From: Octopus sinensis
Taxonomy: Eukaryota
Length of the DNA: 64,000 nucleotides
Direction: 5' to 3'
NCBI RefSeq assembly: GCF_006345805.1
Contig: NC_043014.1
Span: 31,062,001-31,126,000, forward strand
Shown: one piece after another, positions 25,880-39,109 of the stretch
Position numbering within the stretch: the stretch's first letter is position 1
How the letters are laid out: each line of letters opens with the position of its first letter
The notes under the pieces: generated by a model
Seen by the model: the letters and a program-made list of their open reading frames with translations, nothing else
Databases searched by the model: none
What the model was told of the DNA's origin: nothing
Program-made: the position numbers and the translations under genes

Positions 25880-26900
25880 TCAAGTTCAAAAATGGTTGTA
25901 GTAACGTCTCTTCTTCACCTTTTGGACTAGACATCTATGTTTCCATTAACTCCTTAAGGTTATAAGAGAGGTTCTTGTTAGCATGCAATAAATCCTGAGT
26001 ATCACTTGCATCAACTTCTTTGAATCCCACTTCCTACACTCCTAGTACAAGATTATTGCTGACTAACAGTATTTCATCTGCTTTCCTGTAGTTCATCTTA
26101 ACTACATTTGAACACAGTTCTTTTTCCTAATCCCAGTGAAGTCATGTTAGATTTTTTTTTTTTTTTTTTGCTTGTATAATGTAATTTTTCCAAAGTTCTT
26201 TGATGGGCTGATGGTTAGCATCAGTTGATTTAAAGTTTTCAGATAATACACCTTGTAAACAAAAATATCATCCTGGTCCATAGGCTGAAGTTGTCTTTGG
26301 TGGTTTGTGTTTACCCACTTGGAGTAAATTGAGAATTGATTTACTAAGAATGTTATCCCAAAAGCAGAAATACTCCATACTTTAAATTATTTTTTCTCAC
26401 AGTTACATTTAACAACAGAGACTGAAATGTTCAAGACACCATCCAGTAAACAAATATTATGTAATTTAAGCTTTTCTGTTAGATTTCTGCTCAACAGGCA
26501 GATTAGATTGGGAAATTCTTTTATTGTTCTTGGAGTATCAGAAAGTTAAACAAGCTGTGGCTTAAATTTTGAATCTCCAGTGGCATTTACTTCCTACTAT
26601 ATATGATGCAATATTTTGCTGCACCATTTTTTCTTTCTTTGAGATAAAAGTTAAAGATAAAATAGCCCACACTTGTATGCATTAACAACTTAACTTGGTG
26701 CATGTTTATCTCTTTCTGTCAATTGCACTGGAACGTCTCATGCAGCCTTGATGTCAGCATATTGCTGATTTCTCAGTTTATCTGAATGCTACGGAGATTA
26801 GATCATTTTTGAATTTTTCAATTCTTCCACTAGAAGCAACAAATAATTAACTTGCTCAGCTTATTTCAGCTGATTAAATTTAACATCTTTTGCTGGATAA
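25880..26900 (-). mobile_element. Tigger/pogo transposase remnant
   Basis: Minus-strand fragments FVASSGRIEKFK, VVNAYKCGLFY (cf. VFNADETGLFW), NATGDSKFKP, LPVEQKSNRKA, QPMDQ (26273-26287), IKELWKNY and GFKEVDASDTQDLL occur in the order expected for Tigger DDE transposases. Confidence 0.8.
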
Positions 26901-26999
26901 TGGCTTCAAGAGTGGCAAGCAACATAATGACATATCCACAGAAACGCTTAACAATTCTCTATATTTTCCATGGTTTTGCAGCATATCTTTTTTTTTTTT

Positions 27000-27215
27000 T
27001 ACTTGCTGCAGTCATTTGACTGCGGCCATGCTGGAGCACTACCTTGAAGGGTTGTAGTTGAACAAATCGACCCTGGTACTAATGTTTGAAAGCTTAATAC
27101 TTATTTTATTGATCTCTTTTGCTGAACTATTAAGTTATGAGTATGTAAACACATTAACACTGGTTGTCAAGCAGTGTTGGAGGATAATCATTGACATAAA
27201 GATGTACACGCATAA

Positions 27216-27263
<48 letters not shown>

Positions 27264-27560
27264 CTTTCAGTTTCTATCTATGAAATTCATTCATGAGACT
27301 TCAGTTGGCCCGAAGCTACAGTAGAAGACACTTGCCCAAGGTGCCATGCAGTGAGACTGAGAGTGGAACCATGTTGATTACATGATTGATTACATTAACC
27401 AAGTTGATTACATTGCCCCCCCAGTGCTTGACTGTTACTTATTTTATTGACCCTGAATGGATGAGAGGCAAAGTCACCTCAGTGGAATTTGAACTCAGAA
27501 CATAAAGACAGACAAAGTGCTGCTAAGCAATTTACCCATTGTGCCAGCTCACCGCCTTAT
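27000..27560 (-). mobile_element. Family-B SINE (~27000-27372) followed by family-A SINE (~27395-27560)
   Basis: Motif identity with other copies; (CA)n in the middle of the B copy. Confidence 0.8.
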
Positions 27561-28769
27561 ATGTAAGTTCATATTGCAAATCTAAACAGTCCCTACTCAA
27601 CTCCTTATCCTCCACTCACCACCAGTCATCTGTGCTCTCTGTTATTAAGTGACATTTTTCTTACTTGCACAATATATTGTCAGTTCTTTGAAGTAAAAAA
27701 AAAAAAAACAAAAAAAAAAAAGCTAAAATTTCCAGCTGAGGCAACAGATCTTCAAATACCTCACTTTCTCCTTCTCTTCTTCCATCTTAAACTCAAGCTA
27801 CAACTATCTCCACTTCCATTTCCAGTTAATCACATCACTTTTATAGCTATATAGCAAAACTTATAGACAGCTTGCTGGAAGCAGTCTATAATTTTCAGTT
27901 TATATCCATTCACATTGTCAGCTAGTCCACTGCAACTGTTACATATTAAATGTTGATTTCCCTTCTGCTATAGAACATGTCTTCACCTGTTGTGTATTCT
28001 TATTTGCATTGACTGCTATACACATACAATAGTGAAAGTCTGTCTGCTTGCTTCCTTCTGGTGCATTAGTGCACATGGCCATTTTATTGCATACTGGAAT
28101 CCCTTGCTACCAGCTGAGCCCTGCTGTGCTAAACTTTTCTTAAGACTGACCTTTTTTCTTTTTTTTCTTTTTCAATTCTTCAATGTCATCTTCAATGTAA
28201 ATCAACAATACACACAAGTTCCCTTAAGCATTGAATTCTAAATGCTTTTGAATTAAAATGACGAGAAAAATTGCAGAGAGTAGAACACTTTCTTGGCTGC
28301 CTATTAAATATTTTATTAAGTATGCTGATGATCCTCTTCTTTACATTGAACAGCACACCCATCAACCCCTCTTCTCCCTAGTCACTCCTCCCCCACCAGT
28401 TCCTTTCAAACAGATGACTCTTCAGTTTAATGTAGGCTTGTTCTATAATTCTGTGTTACAGTTCTAAATACTTTAATACATTGCGCCTCCCATCCTCACA
28501 ATAATGACAGAGCCAGTAAGGGAACCTCTATGTGGTTGTTTGAAGTGCTAGAGACAGCACTCAGATCTTCCTTGTCACACTCTTTATCATCTTGGAAAAG
28601 ATGGCACAATAGTGTCTTCCTAGATACTCTTGAACTGACATGTTGGTATGGTTCTACGTGCTCAGATAACAGCAACATTGAACATTGGCAGTTTCTAACT
28701 CACTCTGTTATCTCTCCTCTTCCTCCTCTGCTAGTTAAAGCTAACATCATTCTGCCTCAACATCATCAA

Positions 28770-29110
28770 GATTTTAACATTCACTTTTCCATGTTCACTT
28801 AAGTAAGATGGAATTGATTGAGACAAATTTCCTCTGGCCAAATGCCTTTCCTGTCACTAACCTTCATTTGTTACCAAACAAAAGTAATTTTTCTCCTGTG
28901 GCTACACGTTTTTCATGGAAGACTGGAAATGAATATAATACCCATTTCTAGCCATTATGCAATATCAAGACAAGGGGACACTCCCCCACAAGAGATGGGT
29001 TGCATTCAGTTTCTGTCTACCAAATCCACTTATAAAGCTTTTGTTGGCCAGGGCGATGCAGTCGAAGACACTTGCTGAAGGCACAACACAGTTGGACATA
29101 AACCCAAAAT
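28770..29110 (-). mobile_element. RTE-type tail (~28770-28960) plus partial family-B SINE (~29000-29110)
   Basis: (CAT) units then TTTTCCATG...GCCTTTCCTGTCACTAACC; TCTGTCTACCAAATCCACT...GAAGACACTTGC. Confidence 0.6.
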
Positions 29111-29498
29111 CACATGCTAGTGCCTATCTAGCAGACACAAATCTTTACAAGCATAAATTTGAAGCATAGCCATCACAATGTTTAATGTATTGTTGTTGTT
29201 AAGGTCGTCCCTTGTTGTCTATCAGATGATAGACTCAGTGGGAGAGCTTTATTTTGTGGTATGAAACTAAGTCATGTAATAGTTGAATGACCACAATAAC
29301 TGTAACTTTATACTCACTCATACACATTCAGAGTAATGATTAATAGAAAGTAACACCCTACCAACATTAAATATAATAGATTTATCAGAATTTTTGTGTG
29401 TCCACCCTTGTTGCTTTGACTGAGAACACACCCATCTTATCTCAAATTGGTTCAGACAGTTATTTACACCACTCACTTGCAATGTTTTCCTTCATATT

Positions 29499-29535
<37 letters not shown>

Positions 29536-29879
29536 AATTTGTGATGGTCTAGATTAATCCAATCAAATTTCTCGAGGTTGTTGAACTCATAGAGGATTAG
29601 CAATGATCCAGGATATTAGTTTAAGAATATGCTTTCACCACCACCCTCATCATCAACATTGTTATTCTTATGTGTTTTCCTTGCTTACTGCATAGACTGA
29701 ATAGCACCTCCTTTACACAAAATTTTTTTTTTGTTTTCCTTTTTTTTTGTTGCTTTTTTTTTCTCACTTTCCATTGCCTTCTCCTCTGTAAATTCCAACA
29801 TTTCTAAGATCAGCTTTTACTACTTCTGCTCAAGTCTTCCTGATTTTTCACTACGACAGTTTCCTACTACTTGGATTTC

Positions 29880-30030
29880 CTGATACTTCTTTACCTGTCC
29901 ATTATGCATATGTCCATGCCAATACATTTGTCTTTTGCGCTCAGTATCAGGTTCTTCTTGTGCCCAATTTTTCTCTCAGTTCATCTTTACTACATCACTC
30001 ATACGCACTAACATTACATATGATACTTCT
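29880..30030 (-). mobile_element. RTE LINE RT C-terminal remnant
   Basis: Minus strand AATGTTAGTG...CTGAGAGAAAAATTGGGCACAAGA (LREKLG), homologous to 14290-14330. Confidence 0.55.
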
Positions 30031-30284
30031 TGATACTTTGTTGTACTTATTTCCAATTATGATTTTCAAAAATCTTTATTGTTGTTATGATCATTGGTGA
30101 TTTGGCTAACTGGATAAAATAATTCAGGTTAGGATGACTAACTCTTGAGGTTCTGAGCTCATATCTAGCTGCACATAGGTAACACATTTAATACTAAAAT
30201 AACTCAGTTAATTAATGAATATGTAATGAACAAAGGGTGTTCATATCAGAGGGCTAAAGATGTTAATATGAGAGAAGAGTCTAA

Positions 30285-30500
30285 AGTGGTGAGCTGACAG
30301 AATTGTTAGTATGCTGAGAAAAATGCTTAGCAGTATTTTGTTCGTTTTTATATTCTGAGTTCAAATACTGCCCAGGCCACCTTTGCCTTTCATGCTTTTG
30401 GGGTTGATAAAATAAGTAGCAGTTGAGCACTGGGGTTGATGTAATCGACTTATACCCTCCTCCAAACTTGTTGGCCTTGTGCCAAAATTTGAAACCAATA
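30285..30500 (+). mobile_element. Family-A SINE
   Basis: GGTGAGCTGACAGAATTGTTAG...TTCTGAGTTCAAAT...CTTTGCCTTTCATG...GCCAAAATTTGAAACC. Confidence 0.8.
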
Positions 30501-31503
30501 TGAGAGGAGAGTCTTTCATCTATCTGACCCCTTTAATACCAACCTGCTTCAGTAACACATTGCTGTTTATCAAAATTCCATGTTAATTTATGTTCCAAAA
30601 ATCAATTTAATAATGCCAAATCGATTTTACTAAATACTTCATTATTTTTAAAATTAATTGAATTAAAGGCAGTATATTTCTAGAGAAATTTGGTAATGGA
30701 AGGGTCAGTGCTAACAAACTATAATTAATTAGTGGTATAATGAAACTGTGTACTTCTCTGGAGGATTAATTTGGTGAATGGATTCCTTAGACTGAAATTG
30801 GGGTTATTTGAACGAATGTTAAAACTTCAGCTGATTGTATGCCTCATTTGGTACTTTGTTGTTATTTGGGGAGCAGTGTTTTGATAAATGTATAAAATAG
30901 GAGGGTTAATTTATAACACCATGTAACCACCATTTTTCTGAATGGAATTTACCCAGTAATAATGAAGGAGCAGTGATAGAATGATGAAAATGACTTGATT
31001 ACTTTTCCACTCCAACCAATTTCCATAAGACGATTGAACTGATAGGGGATGCTGGTTTGGTATAGTAATTTAAGAACAAAATGCTTTCTTCAGAATTTTT
31101 GTAAAAACTTGGGTCAGAAAAGAGAATTCACCTTTATTATAGACCCTCTAGGATAAACAGCCAAATCTCCCTCAAGTTAAACACAGCTGTCCTTAAATGA
31201 AGAACTACTTTGGATAAGGTAGTCCTTAATATACTCAGCTATGAGAAAAGTTGACTTGGTCATGTCTTGACTTTTCCTTGATAAGTCTTTTTGATGAGGG
31301 TTAACTAGCCAATAACAATAGTGTGCAGGTTGTTGAGGGAGATTTGACTATTGCATTGAGCAATCCAGCTGACTTGCATAGAAGCTTTTTCCCTGGCTTG
31401 TCATGAAGGTTGGGATGGGACTGTTAATAGAAAGATCATTGTGGGACACCACTCTCTCTCTCTCTCTCTCTCTCTCTCATTCTCTCTCTCTCATTCTCTC
31501 TCT

Positions 31504-31547
<44 letters not shown>

Positions 31548-32589
31548 ATATTAAAACAGAAATTTAATGATGATAATGATGGTGGTAGTAAAGGCAATTA
31601 CTACACCTACATAATTATTGCTTATTGGTTTCCAATTTAATGTTTTAATAGCGGAAGCTTTACTGTTTTCTTTTGGAATGCATATAGAATGCTGGCATTC
31701 CTGTAAATGCAACAATAAAATTCCTACCACACAGAGTGATAGAAGTCTAGACATAGACAAGGCACACCCATCTGATAACTATCTGTATATAAGTTATTCT
31801 TTATATTTGCAATGTTGAAACAAGAGAAATTCTTTGGATATTTTAGGTGGTTCTTTTTTTTATCTTTCCTTTTCACCCTTCTCCTTCCCACAAACTAATT
31901 CTGGATTTTATTTCTGTTCATTTATTTATTTTATTTACACCTATGGGAAGAGAGAGATAGATGGGGGTAGGTAGCAAAATTCTCATTTTCTAAAAGTACT
32001 ATAATGGAAGGTAGCTTCCACTCTTATGTTCTTGATCTTCACCTTAATCTTGTTAATAGACATGCACACATACATTGTGCTACAACTAACACAATCACAG
32101 TGGAAGCTCTCTTCTTTCGATACAAATTTACTGAATTTCTCTTTACATATACAGTGTATGTATGTATGTATGTAATGTTTGTATGTATATGTGTGTAGGT
32201 GTGTTACTTTACTGAATGCACAAAAATTCAAGCATCTTGGACTGAATTATCAGCTTCAAACATTTAAGCTACACAAATTCTCTACTACATGTAGTATTTT
32301 TCATCTACTTCTACACTAAAAAAATTGTGTGTGTGTGTACACACATTTATTGGTGATTAACAGTAATTTGACATGAGGTGGCTTACTGTTGGCTGAGGTT
32401 TGTGGATGAAAAGCATTTGGTGGCTTACTATTGACTGAGGATTGTAGGTGAATGACATCTAGTGTCTTGCAATAGTATATATATCTAATAAAACGATACT
32501 GAAAGGAGACAGCACATGTTGCTATGATACTCATTTAATAGCAGATCAAAATTTGAAGTCGTGTGAGAAGCAACATGTTTCAGAATCTT

Positions 32590-32811
32590 TTGTTTGTTTC
32601 AGTTATTGGACTGTGGTCATGCTGGAGCACTGTCTTGAAAAGCTTAGTTGAACAAATCAATCCAGTACTTCTTTTTTTTTTTAAGCTTAGTACTTATTCT
32701 ATCAATATCTTTTGCCTGACTGCTAAGTTATAAGAACATAAGCAAACCAACACCAGTTGTCAAGCTGTAGTGGGACACATACACAATACAAACACAGAAT
32801 GCACTCATTGA

Positions 32812-32889
<78 letters not shown>

Positions 32890-33048
32890 GGTCCCGGGTT
32901 GATTCGGGGTTAACCACAGTAAATAAGGTACTCAATACATAGAGTAAAATTAATTTATTATATAGAAGGAGCTTCTACAGGACTAGAACTGTTTCATTCA
33001 AGAGAAATCTTCTTGAATGAAACAGTTCTAGTCCTTAGAAGCTCCTTC

Positions 33049-33122
<74 letters not shown>

Positions 33123-33295
33123 ACATGCATGCACCCACCAACACATGATGGACTTCTTTTCAATTTCATCTAGCAAATCCACTCATAAGGCTTTGGTTGG
33201 CCTAGGGCTATAGTGGAAGACACTTAGCCAAGGTGTTATGCAGTGGAATGGAACCCAAAACCATGTGTTTGGGAAGCAAACACACAGCCACACTT
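32590..33295 (-). mobile_element. Family-B SINE split at its central microsatellite by an insertion (32887-33054)
   Basis: Tail part 32590-32790 and head part 33130-33295 are colinear with intact copies. Confidence 0.8.
32959..33054. repeat. Near-perfect inverted repeat (45/44-nt arms, 7-nt spacer)
   Basis: TATATAGAAGGAGCTTCTACAGGACTAGAACTGTTTCATTCAAGA - GAAATCT - TCTTGAATGAAACAGTTCTAGTCCT(G missing)TAGAAGCTCCTTCTATATA. Confidence 0.97.
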
Positions 33296-33484
33296 GTAAC
33301 TATCAAGTTGAGTAAAAAAAAGTATGCAATGTTTTGAACCATGAAAAATTTGTACTGAATTTTTGCAGAGTTTTGAATTTTTTAAAACAGTTTTTTGCAA
33401 TTGTCTGATAATACAGACATAGATTTGCCCAAATGCATCAATAAATTAACATTGATATTCTTTTCACCATTATAATTATCTGAA

Positions 33485-33985
33485 ATGGAACTGTCAAAGC
33501 ACGATATTCGAGCAATTTTGCTATTCAACTTCAAAAATGGATGTAAAACAGCTGAAACTGCTCCTGATATCAACAAAATGTTTGGTGAGGAAATGACCAG
33601 TCAATGGTCAGCTTGGAAATGATTTCACAGTGGAGACCTGAGCCTTGAAGTTTGTGAATGTAGTGGACACCCATTTCTCATCAATAATGGTCAATTAAAG
33701 ACCGTTGTTAGGAAAGATCCTTGTAAAACCACTCAAGAACTGGCAAAAGAACTTCAAGTTAGCCAGAAAACTGCTTGCTACCATTTGTATGCAATTGGAA
33801 AATCCAAAAGGCTCAACAAATGGGTACCCCACAATTTGAATGAAAATCAGAAAATGCGCAGATATGAAATTTGCTTGTCACTTCTCTGTAATTAGACCAA
33901 TCCATTTCTCAACTGTATTGTAACTTCCAATGAAAAGTGGATTCTGTACACTATTAAAAAAATATTCTCTGCGGTGATTGGAGCA
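33485..33985 (+). mobile_element. Mariner transposase 5' half (disrupted)
   Basis: MELSKHDIRAILLFNFKNGCKTAETAPDINKMFG...SGHP...KTTQELAKELQVSQKT...KWVPHNLNENQK...IVTSNEKWILY with internal stops; truncated at a (TA)n tract. Confidence 0.9.
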
Positions 33986-33992
33986 AAATAAA

Positions 33993-34033
<41 letters not shown>

Positions 34034-34314
34034 TACATACTGAGAGAGTGATAATGTGATAAATATATAGAGTGAGGGAAAGTTGTAAAATAGAGAGCCA
34101 GATAGAGAAGAGTAGATTTGATGAACTAAAAGTTGAGTTATTTCTTGTAGCAAATTATATTTTTTTATTACTAATTACTGAAAAAATTCCCATTGGGATG
34201 CAGATTTCAAAAATCAAATCTATTTTTCTTGAGGATGCACCATTTCCAAGCTATTCCATGATATACCCACATACATAAACACATGCACTCACATTTACGT
34301 AGCAGATATATATT

Positions 34315-34965
34315 ATCATCATTGTTTTATGTTCATTTTTCCATGCTGGCATGGGTTGGGCAGATTTGACAGAAGCTGGTGAGCCAGAGGATTGTGCCAA
34401 ACTCTACTCCCTGCTTTGACAAGGTTCCTACAGTGGATGCCCTTCCTAACATTAGCCATGTCTCAGAGTGTACTGTGTTTTTTACATAGTATCATCATCA
34501 GCGAGGTCGCCAAGTAACTTAGATGATTCTACAAATCTGTCTGTATGGCTAAGGTACTTGATTCCCAATATCATGGCTCTGAGTTCAGTTCCACTGCATG
34601 GCACCTTTAGCAAGCATCTACTATAGCTCCAGTCTGACTGACTAATGGCCTTATGCTTGGATTTGGTGGGTGGAAACTGAAAAAAGCTTGGTGTGTGTGT
34701 TCATGTGTGTGCATGAATGCATGAATCAGAGTTTCCTTCTTGACACCACAGAATAGTTGTGAATTAGTGTCGTTTGTTTCCAATCTTCCATGAAAATGTT
34801 TGGTTGTGGGGGAAATGTTGCCTTACTTGGAAATGGGTGATTGTTTGCAAGAGGAAGGACATCCAGCTGTAGAAAATTGGCCTCAACAAATTCTGCTCAG
34901 CCCATGCAAGCATGTGAAAATGAACATTAAAACAATAGTGATGATTATGATGATGATAATGATGA
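34315..34965. mobile_element. RTE tail (-, ~34315-34520), family-B SINE head (+, ~34540-34700), RTE tail (+, ~34760-34965)
   Basis: Motif identity with other copies. Confidence 0.7.
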
Positions 34966-35394
34966 TTTATATACACGACTTGTAATTGAAGTGGAATGGT
35001 TTGAAAAATAAAATAAGGTTTAGTAATGGCCGCATAAGTTTAAACAATAGCAGTTAGCTGACTACATGATATTTGCTTAACAGCAAGGAAGTAGTTTACT
35101 GTAAACTACAGCTGTTCGTTGATTAGATACAGCATAAAATTTCTGAGAGTTCACTTTAAAGAATAAGACTATATATCTCCTCCTTAAAGACTACTGCAAC
35201 CGTGTTGATTATTGTGAAAGATTGTATTGGCAGGCTCAAACATAACCCTGCAATAGCTGAGATGCCTAAGGTTCCCTGTCATATTTTCACTTTAAAGATA
35301 AATCTACACAGTGAAGACAACAGCATCATTGTAGTGTGTGTATGATTATTGCATACCAACAACAGGGTGTTATAAATAAGTCCTTTTTTTTTTT

Positions 35395-35760
35395 AATGTT
35401 TCAGTCATTAGACTGCCTGTGACTGTGCTGGGACACCACCTAGAGGAATTTTAGTCAAACTAATTGACCCCAGTATTTATTTTCTTTTTAAGCCTTGTCC
35501 TTATTCTATCAGTCTATTTTGCCAAACTGCTAAGTTAGGGGGACATAAATACATCAACACCAGTCATCAAGCAGTGGTTGAGGACAAACACACTCACACA
35601 TATGATGGGCTCTTTCAGTTTCTGTCTACCAAATCCACTCACAAGGCTTTGGTTGGCCCAACACTATAGTACAAGACACTTGCCCAAAGTGCTATGCAGT
35701 GGGACTGAACCTGGAATCATGTGGTTGAGAAGCAAACTTCTTACCACACAGCCATGCCTG
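35395..35760 (-). mobile_element. Family-B SINE
   Basis: Full colinearity with 23930-24325 in reverse. Confidence 0.82.
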
Positions 35761-36136
35761 TACTTACATATAAAATGTTTTGTTGGAATTCTTCTTTAGC
35801 CATAGTCAGCTCTGACATCAAAGGCATATGAGCTGTGATCATTCTGTCATTGAGCTTACAATATCCAATATGCCCTTACCAAAATGGTAGGTCATGATTT
35901 AGAGAGATTTGGTCACTATTTCTAGCAGTACTTATGTCCACATAGAGGCTTCTTCATTGATTTGAATTACTTTTGTTGTGCAGCTATATACATAGGTGGA
36001 TGTGTAAATATGTGTGCATGTGCATTACATATACATATAGCAAAAAGATGTGGGAGTTAAAAAGCTATGAAGGTAGTCATGATCACCAGTAATCAACAGT
36101 AACAGCATGTATATATGTTTATACATAACTGTCTAT

Positions 36137-36177
<41 letters not shown>

Positions 36178-36629
36178 TTGTATTGATCTCTGTAGCATCT
36201 AATTCTTTCTCACATGGAACAACATAATAAACTTCTGTTTTAATAGAGTTGTGCAGTGTATGTATATATGTATGTATGTATGTATAATATATCTGTTTGT
36301 GCAGCTGTCTAGCTAGCCTGTGATTATTTATCTGGCATGTTGCATTAAGGTGCCTAGCTGGGCTGCACACATACATCCAAATTATTGATTTCACCTGTTA
36401 TTTAGGACATTGTGATGCTATCAGGTTACTCATTTCAACTTGACCCAACTTGTCATTATATAACCAGCATTTTAAGGTAAGGCTGACTTTGAAATCTTCA
36501 TATAATCTTGAACCAGAGGTTTGACAAAATGACCCTTGCTCATTACAGCAGTAACTACTTAACTCTTTCATTAGCATATTTCTGTTGAAATCCACAGCTT
36601 TTTTTCAGTTGATTTCAAAAATAATCTTT

Positions 36630-37020
36630 TGTGTTTTGCTTGTTTCAGTCTCTTGGACTGCAGCGATGCTGGAGCAGCACTTTGGAGGGTTTAGGCAAAC
36701 AAATTGACCCCGGTACTTATTTTTAAGCCTGTTACTTATTCTATCAGCCTCTTTTTGCTGAACTGTTAAGTTACAGGTTTGTAAACAAACCAACACTGGG
36801 TTGTCAAGAAGTGGTGGGGAACTAATGCAAACCCACACACACTCTCACAAATACACATGCATAATGGGCTTCTTTCAGTTTTTTTTTCCTGCCAAATCCA
36901 CTCACAAGGCTTTAGTTGGCCCAGGGCTATAGTGAAAGACACTTGCCCAAGATGCTATACAGTGGGACTGAACCCACAACCTCATGGTTGGGAAGGAAGC
37001 TCCTTACCACATAGCCACAA
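36630..37020 (-). mobile_element. Family-B SINE
   Basis: Full colinearity with 23930-24325 in reverse. Confidence 0.82.
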
Positions 37021-37655
37021 ATGAATTTTGCAAAATAACTTTATGATTCAACTGGTTTTTGAGACATAACATGGAATTCAAAACACGAAGTTTGTATCAT
37101 ACAACCAGGAGTGGTCTCAAATGGGTTGATAGCAAAAGGGTTAAAATTCAAATCTCTTCAATATGTGAGCAATAGATGTTTAGATTTCCTCCTTTTCCTG
37201 TAGCTTTTCTCTATTTATAGTATTTTTTTAATGAAATGCAGTAGTTTTAAACAAATAAAAACAAATGCATTGTATTTTGATACCCCGTGAGACTGAGCAT
37301 GCACTTTTTCTGGTTTTATTTCCAATCTAATTCATGATTCATACCAATGTAGTCATATCCAATCCTCATGAACTATCCCTATTTACAGAAGTTGTGAGGC
37401 TAACATTCTGAATGCTTGACCACAAGATCAAACCTTACTACATCAGTTATTTGCATTTCAACTCCTGAGCCACATCTATAACTCTAGTTCATTCATTGTA
37501 GTTTGTTGTCAAAACAATTCACCAAGTCAATTTCGTAGGTGGAGATTTTCTAAAAGTTAATTTATTTTTATGTATTTATTTATATTTTTATATTATCACA
37601 GAAGGATGGGCAGTACCCTTGGCCTTTGCAGGTCTTCTTAAGGCTGGTGGGATAT

Positions 37656-37695
37656 TTAAAACTGATGGTCAGCCTGAATGTCTGCAAGTTCATGT
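37656..37695 (-). CDS. Candidate terminal coding exon (..HELADIQADHQF*)
   Basis: Acceptor TTCTCTGACCATATTTTCCCTTGCAG with a CTGAC branch-like motif; stop at 37658-37656; two AATAAA about 75-95 nt downstream. No homology recognised. Confidence 0.25.
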
Positions 37696-38249
37696 CTGCA
37701 AGGGAAAATATGGTCAGAGAAGGAACTGAAGATTTTATCCAAATGTTTAGCATTTATTTTTTAATTCACTCTGGAAAACTGCAAAAAGCATGAAGATTGT
37801 CACTACTAAGTAGTGAACTTGAGGCCCTGTAATCCATAGTGCAGTATTATACATCCTAGCTATTTGAAAAATCAGCCAAAAAAGCAATGATTTTCAATAT
37901 TGCTGTTTCTGGTCACTTACAGTAGACCATATCTACACCCATCAAATACAGTTGCATTACTTGTTTTGTTTGGACCAGGAATTCTCAGTCATTTTGACTT
38001 TGAGGCACACTGAGATCAAATAAAAAAAGTACTTGGATGGACAGTTAAAAGTTCAGTGCATAATATTTAAAACTATTGCTTACCTCATTTTATTAATCAT
38101 ACTTTTTTATCACAAAGGTTATAAATTTTTTTAAGACCCTCAAGCATTACAGAGTTTCTAAAGTCTTTGATGATATTTTTAAAACTTGCAGCATACAGAT
38201 ACCTCTTGTAATGCACCAATGTGCTGCAGTGCACCATTTAAGAACTCAC

Positions 38250-38281
38250 TGGTTTAGACATTTTAGCTCTTGCAATAAAAC
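38250..38281 (-). CDS. Candidate 32-nt internal exon (VLLQELKCLN+CA)
   Basis: Acceptor TTCTCTTTCAG|G and donor CCA|GTGAGT; frame-compatible with 37695 across a 554-bp GT-AG intron. Confidence 0.25.
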
Positions 38282-39109
38282 CTGAAAGAGAATTCGCTAA
38301 ATTTACTTGCCATGAATGTAGCACAAACAAATGTAAAGACAGTCTTTAGTGATATGACTGTGTATAGTAAAACACTTCGCATCATGAACCAGTTTACACA
38401 CCATATGGTCAATTTATTACAATCTAAAATATCCCTGTTTAAGGATAAACTTGTAGGTATTTGTATAACATGAACATTGCCTTAAACATCCATGTTTAGG
38501 GCAATGTTCATCATGTAAGTCATTGTTATCACTACATAACTTTTTCTCCTTTTCCACCCCCAAGACATAAGTCTTCCTTGTACTTGAGATTAAATTGCTA
38601 TAACTTGTGCTCTGCACTTCTGTTTATCTTGCTTTTCTACCACTCTACTATCTGTGCTAAATCACTTTAGCTCACATTTAATATCAAAACCACCTCCCTT
38701 CAGATGTCATCAAGAACAGATTCTTTTCATTTTTTTTTTCAATGATATTTCACTATCATTTATTTCTTTTTCCTTTTCTGCTTCCTGCTATTTTATTTTC
38801 TGAAATTCAGCTTAGTATCAGTATCCACCCTAACTAGTAATCTACTCTACACCTTCCATCCACTATGTATAGTCCTATTTACACTGGTATCTAACACACC
38901 TCTGCCTCAGGCCATCCCTGACCACAAGCCTAGTCCAACTGTCTGAGATACGTTGTTGTCATTAATATCTAAAGACTCCACTTTATGAACCTTTTCATTA
39001 GACTGTATATGTACACTGTTTCAACTGCAGATCAAACAAACTGCAGCAAAAAGTAAATATAAAGCTACCACCCACAATATTGCACCCTCACTCTGTTGAT
39101 GGGTCATAT

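Noticed and set aside
28496-28678. 60-aa ORF with protein-like appearance
   Set aside because: Overlaps a dispersed repeat motif (CTAGCA...CCACATAGAGG) also seen at ~35930, 45710 and 49000.
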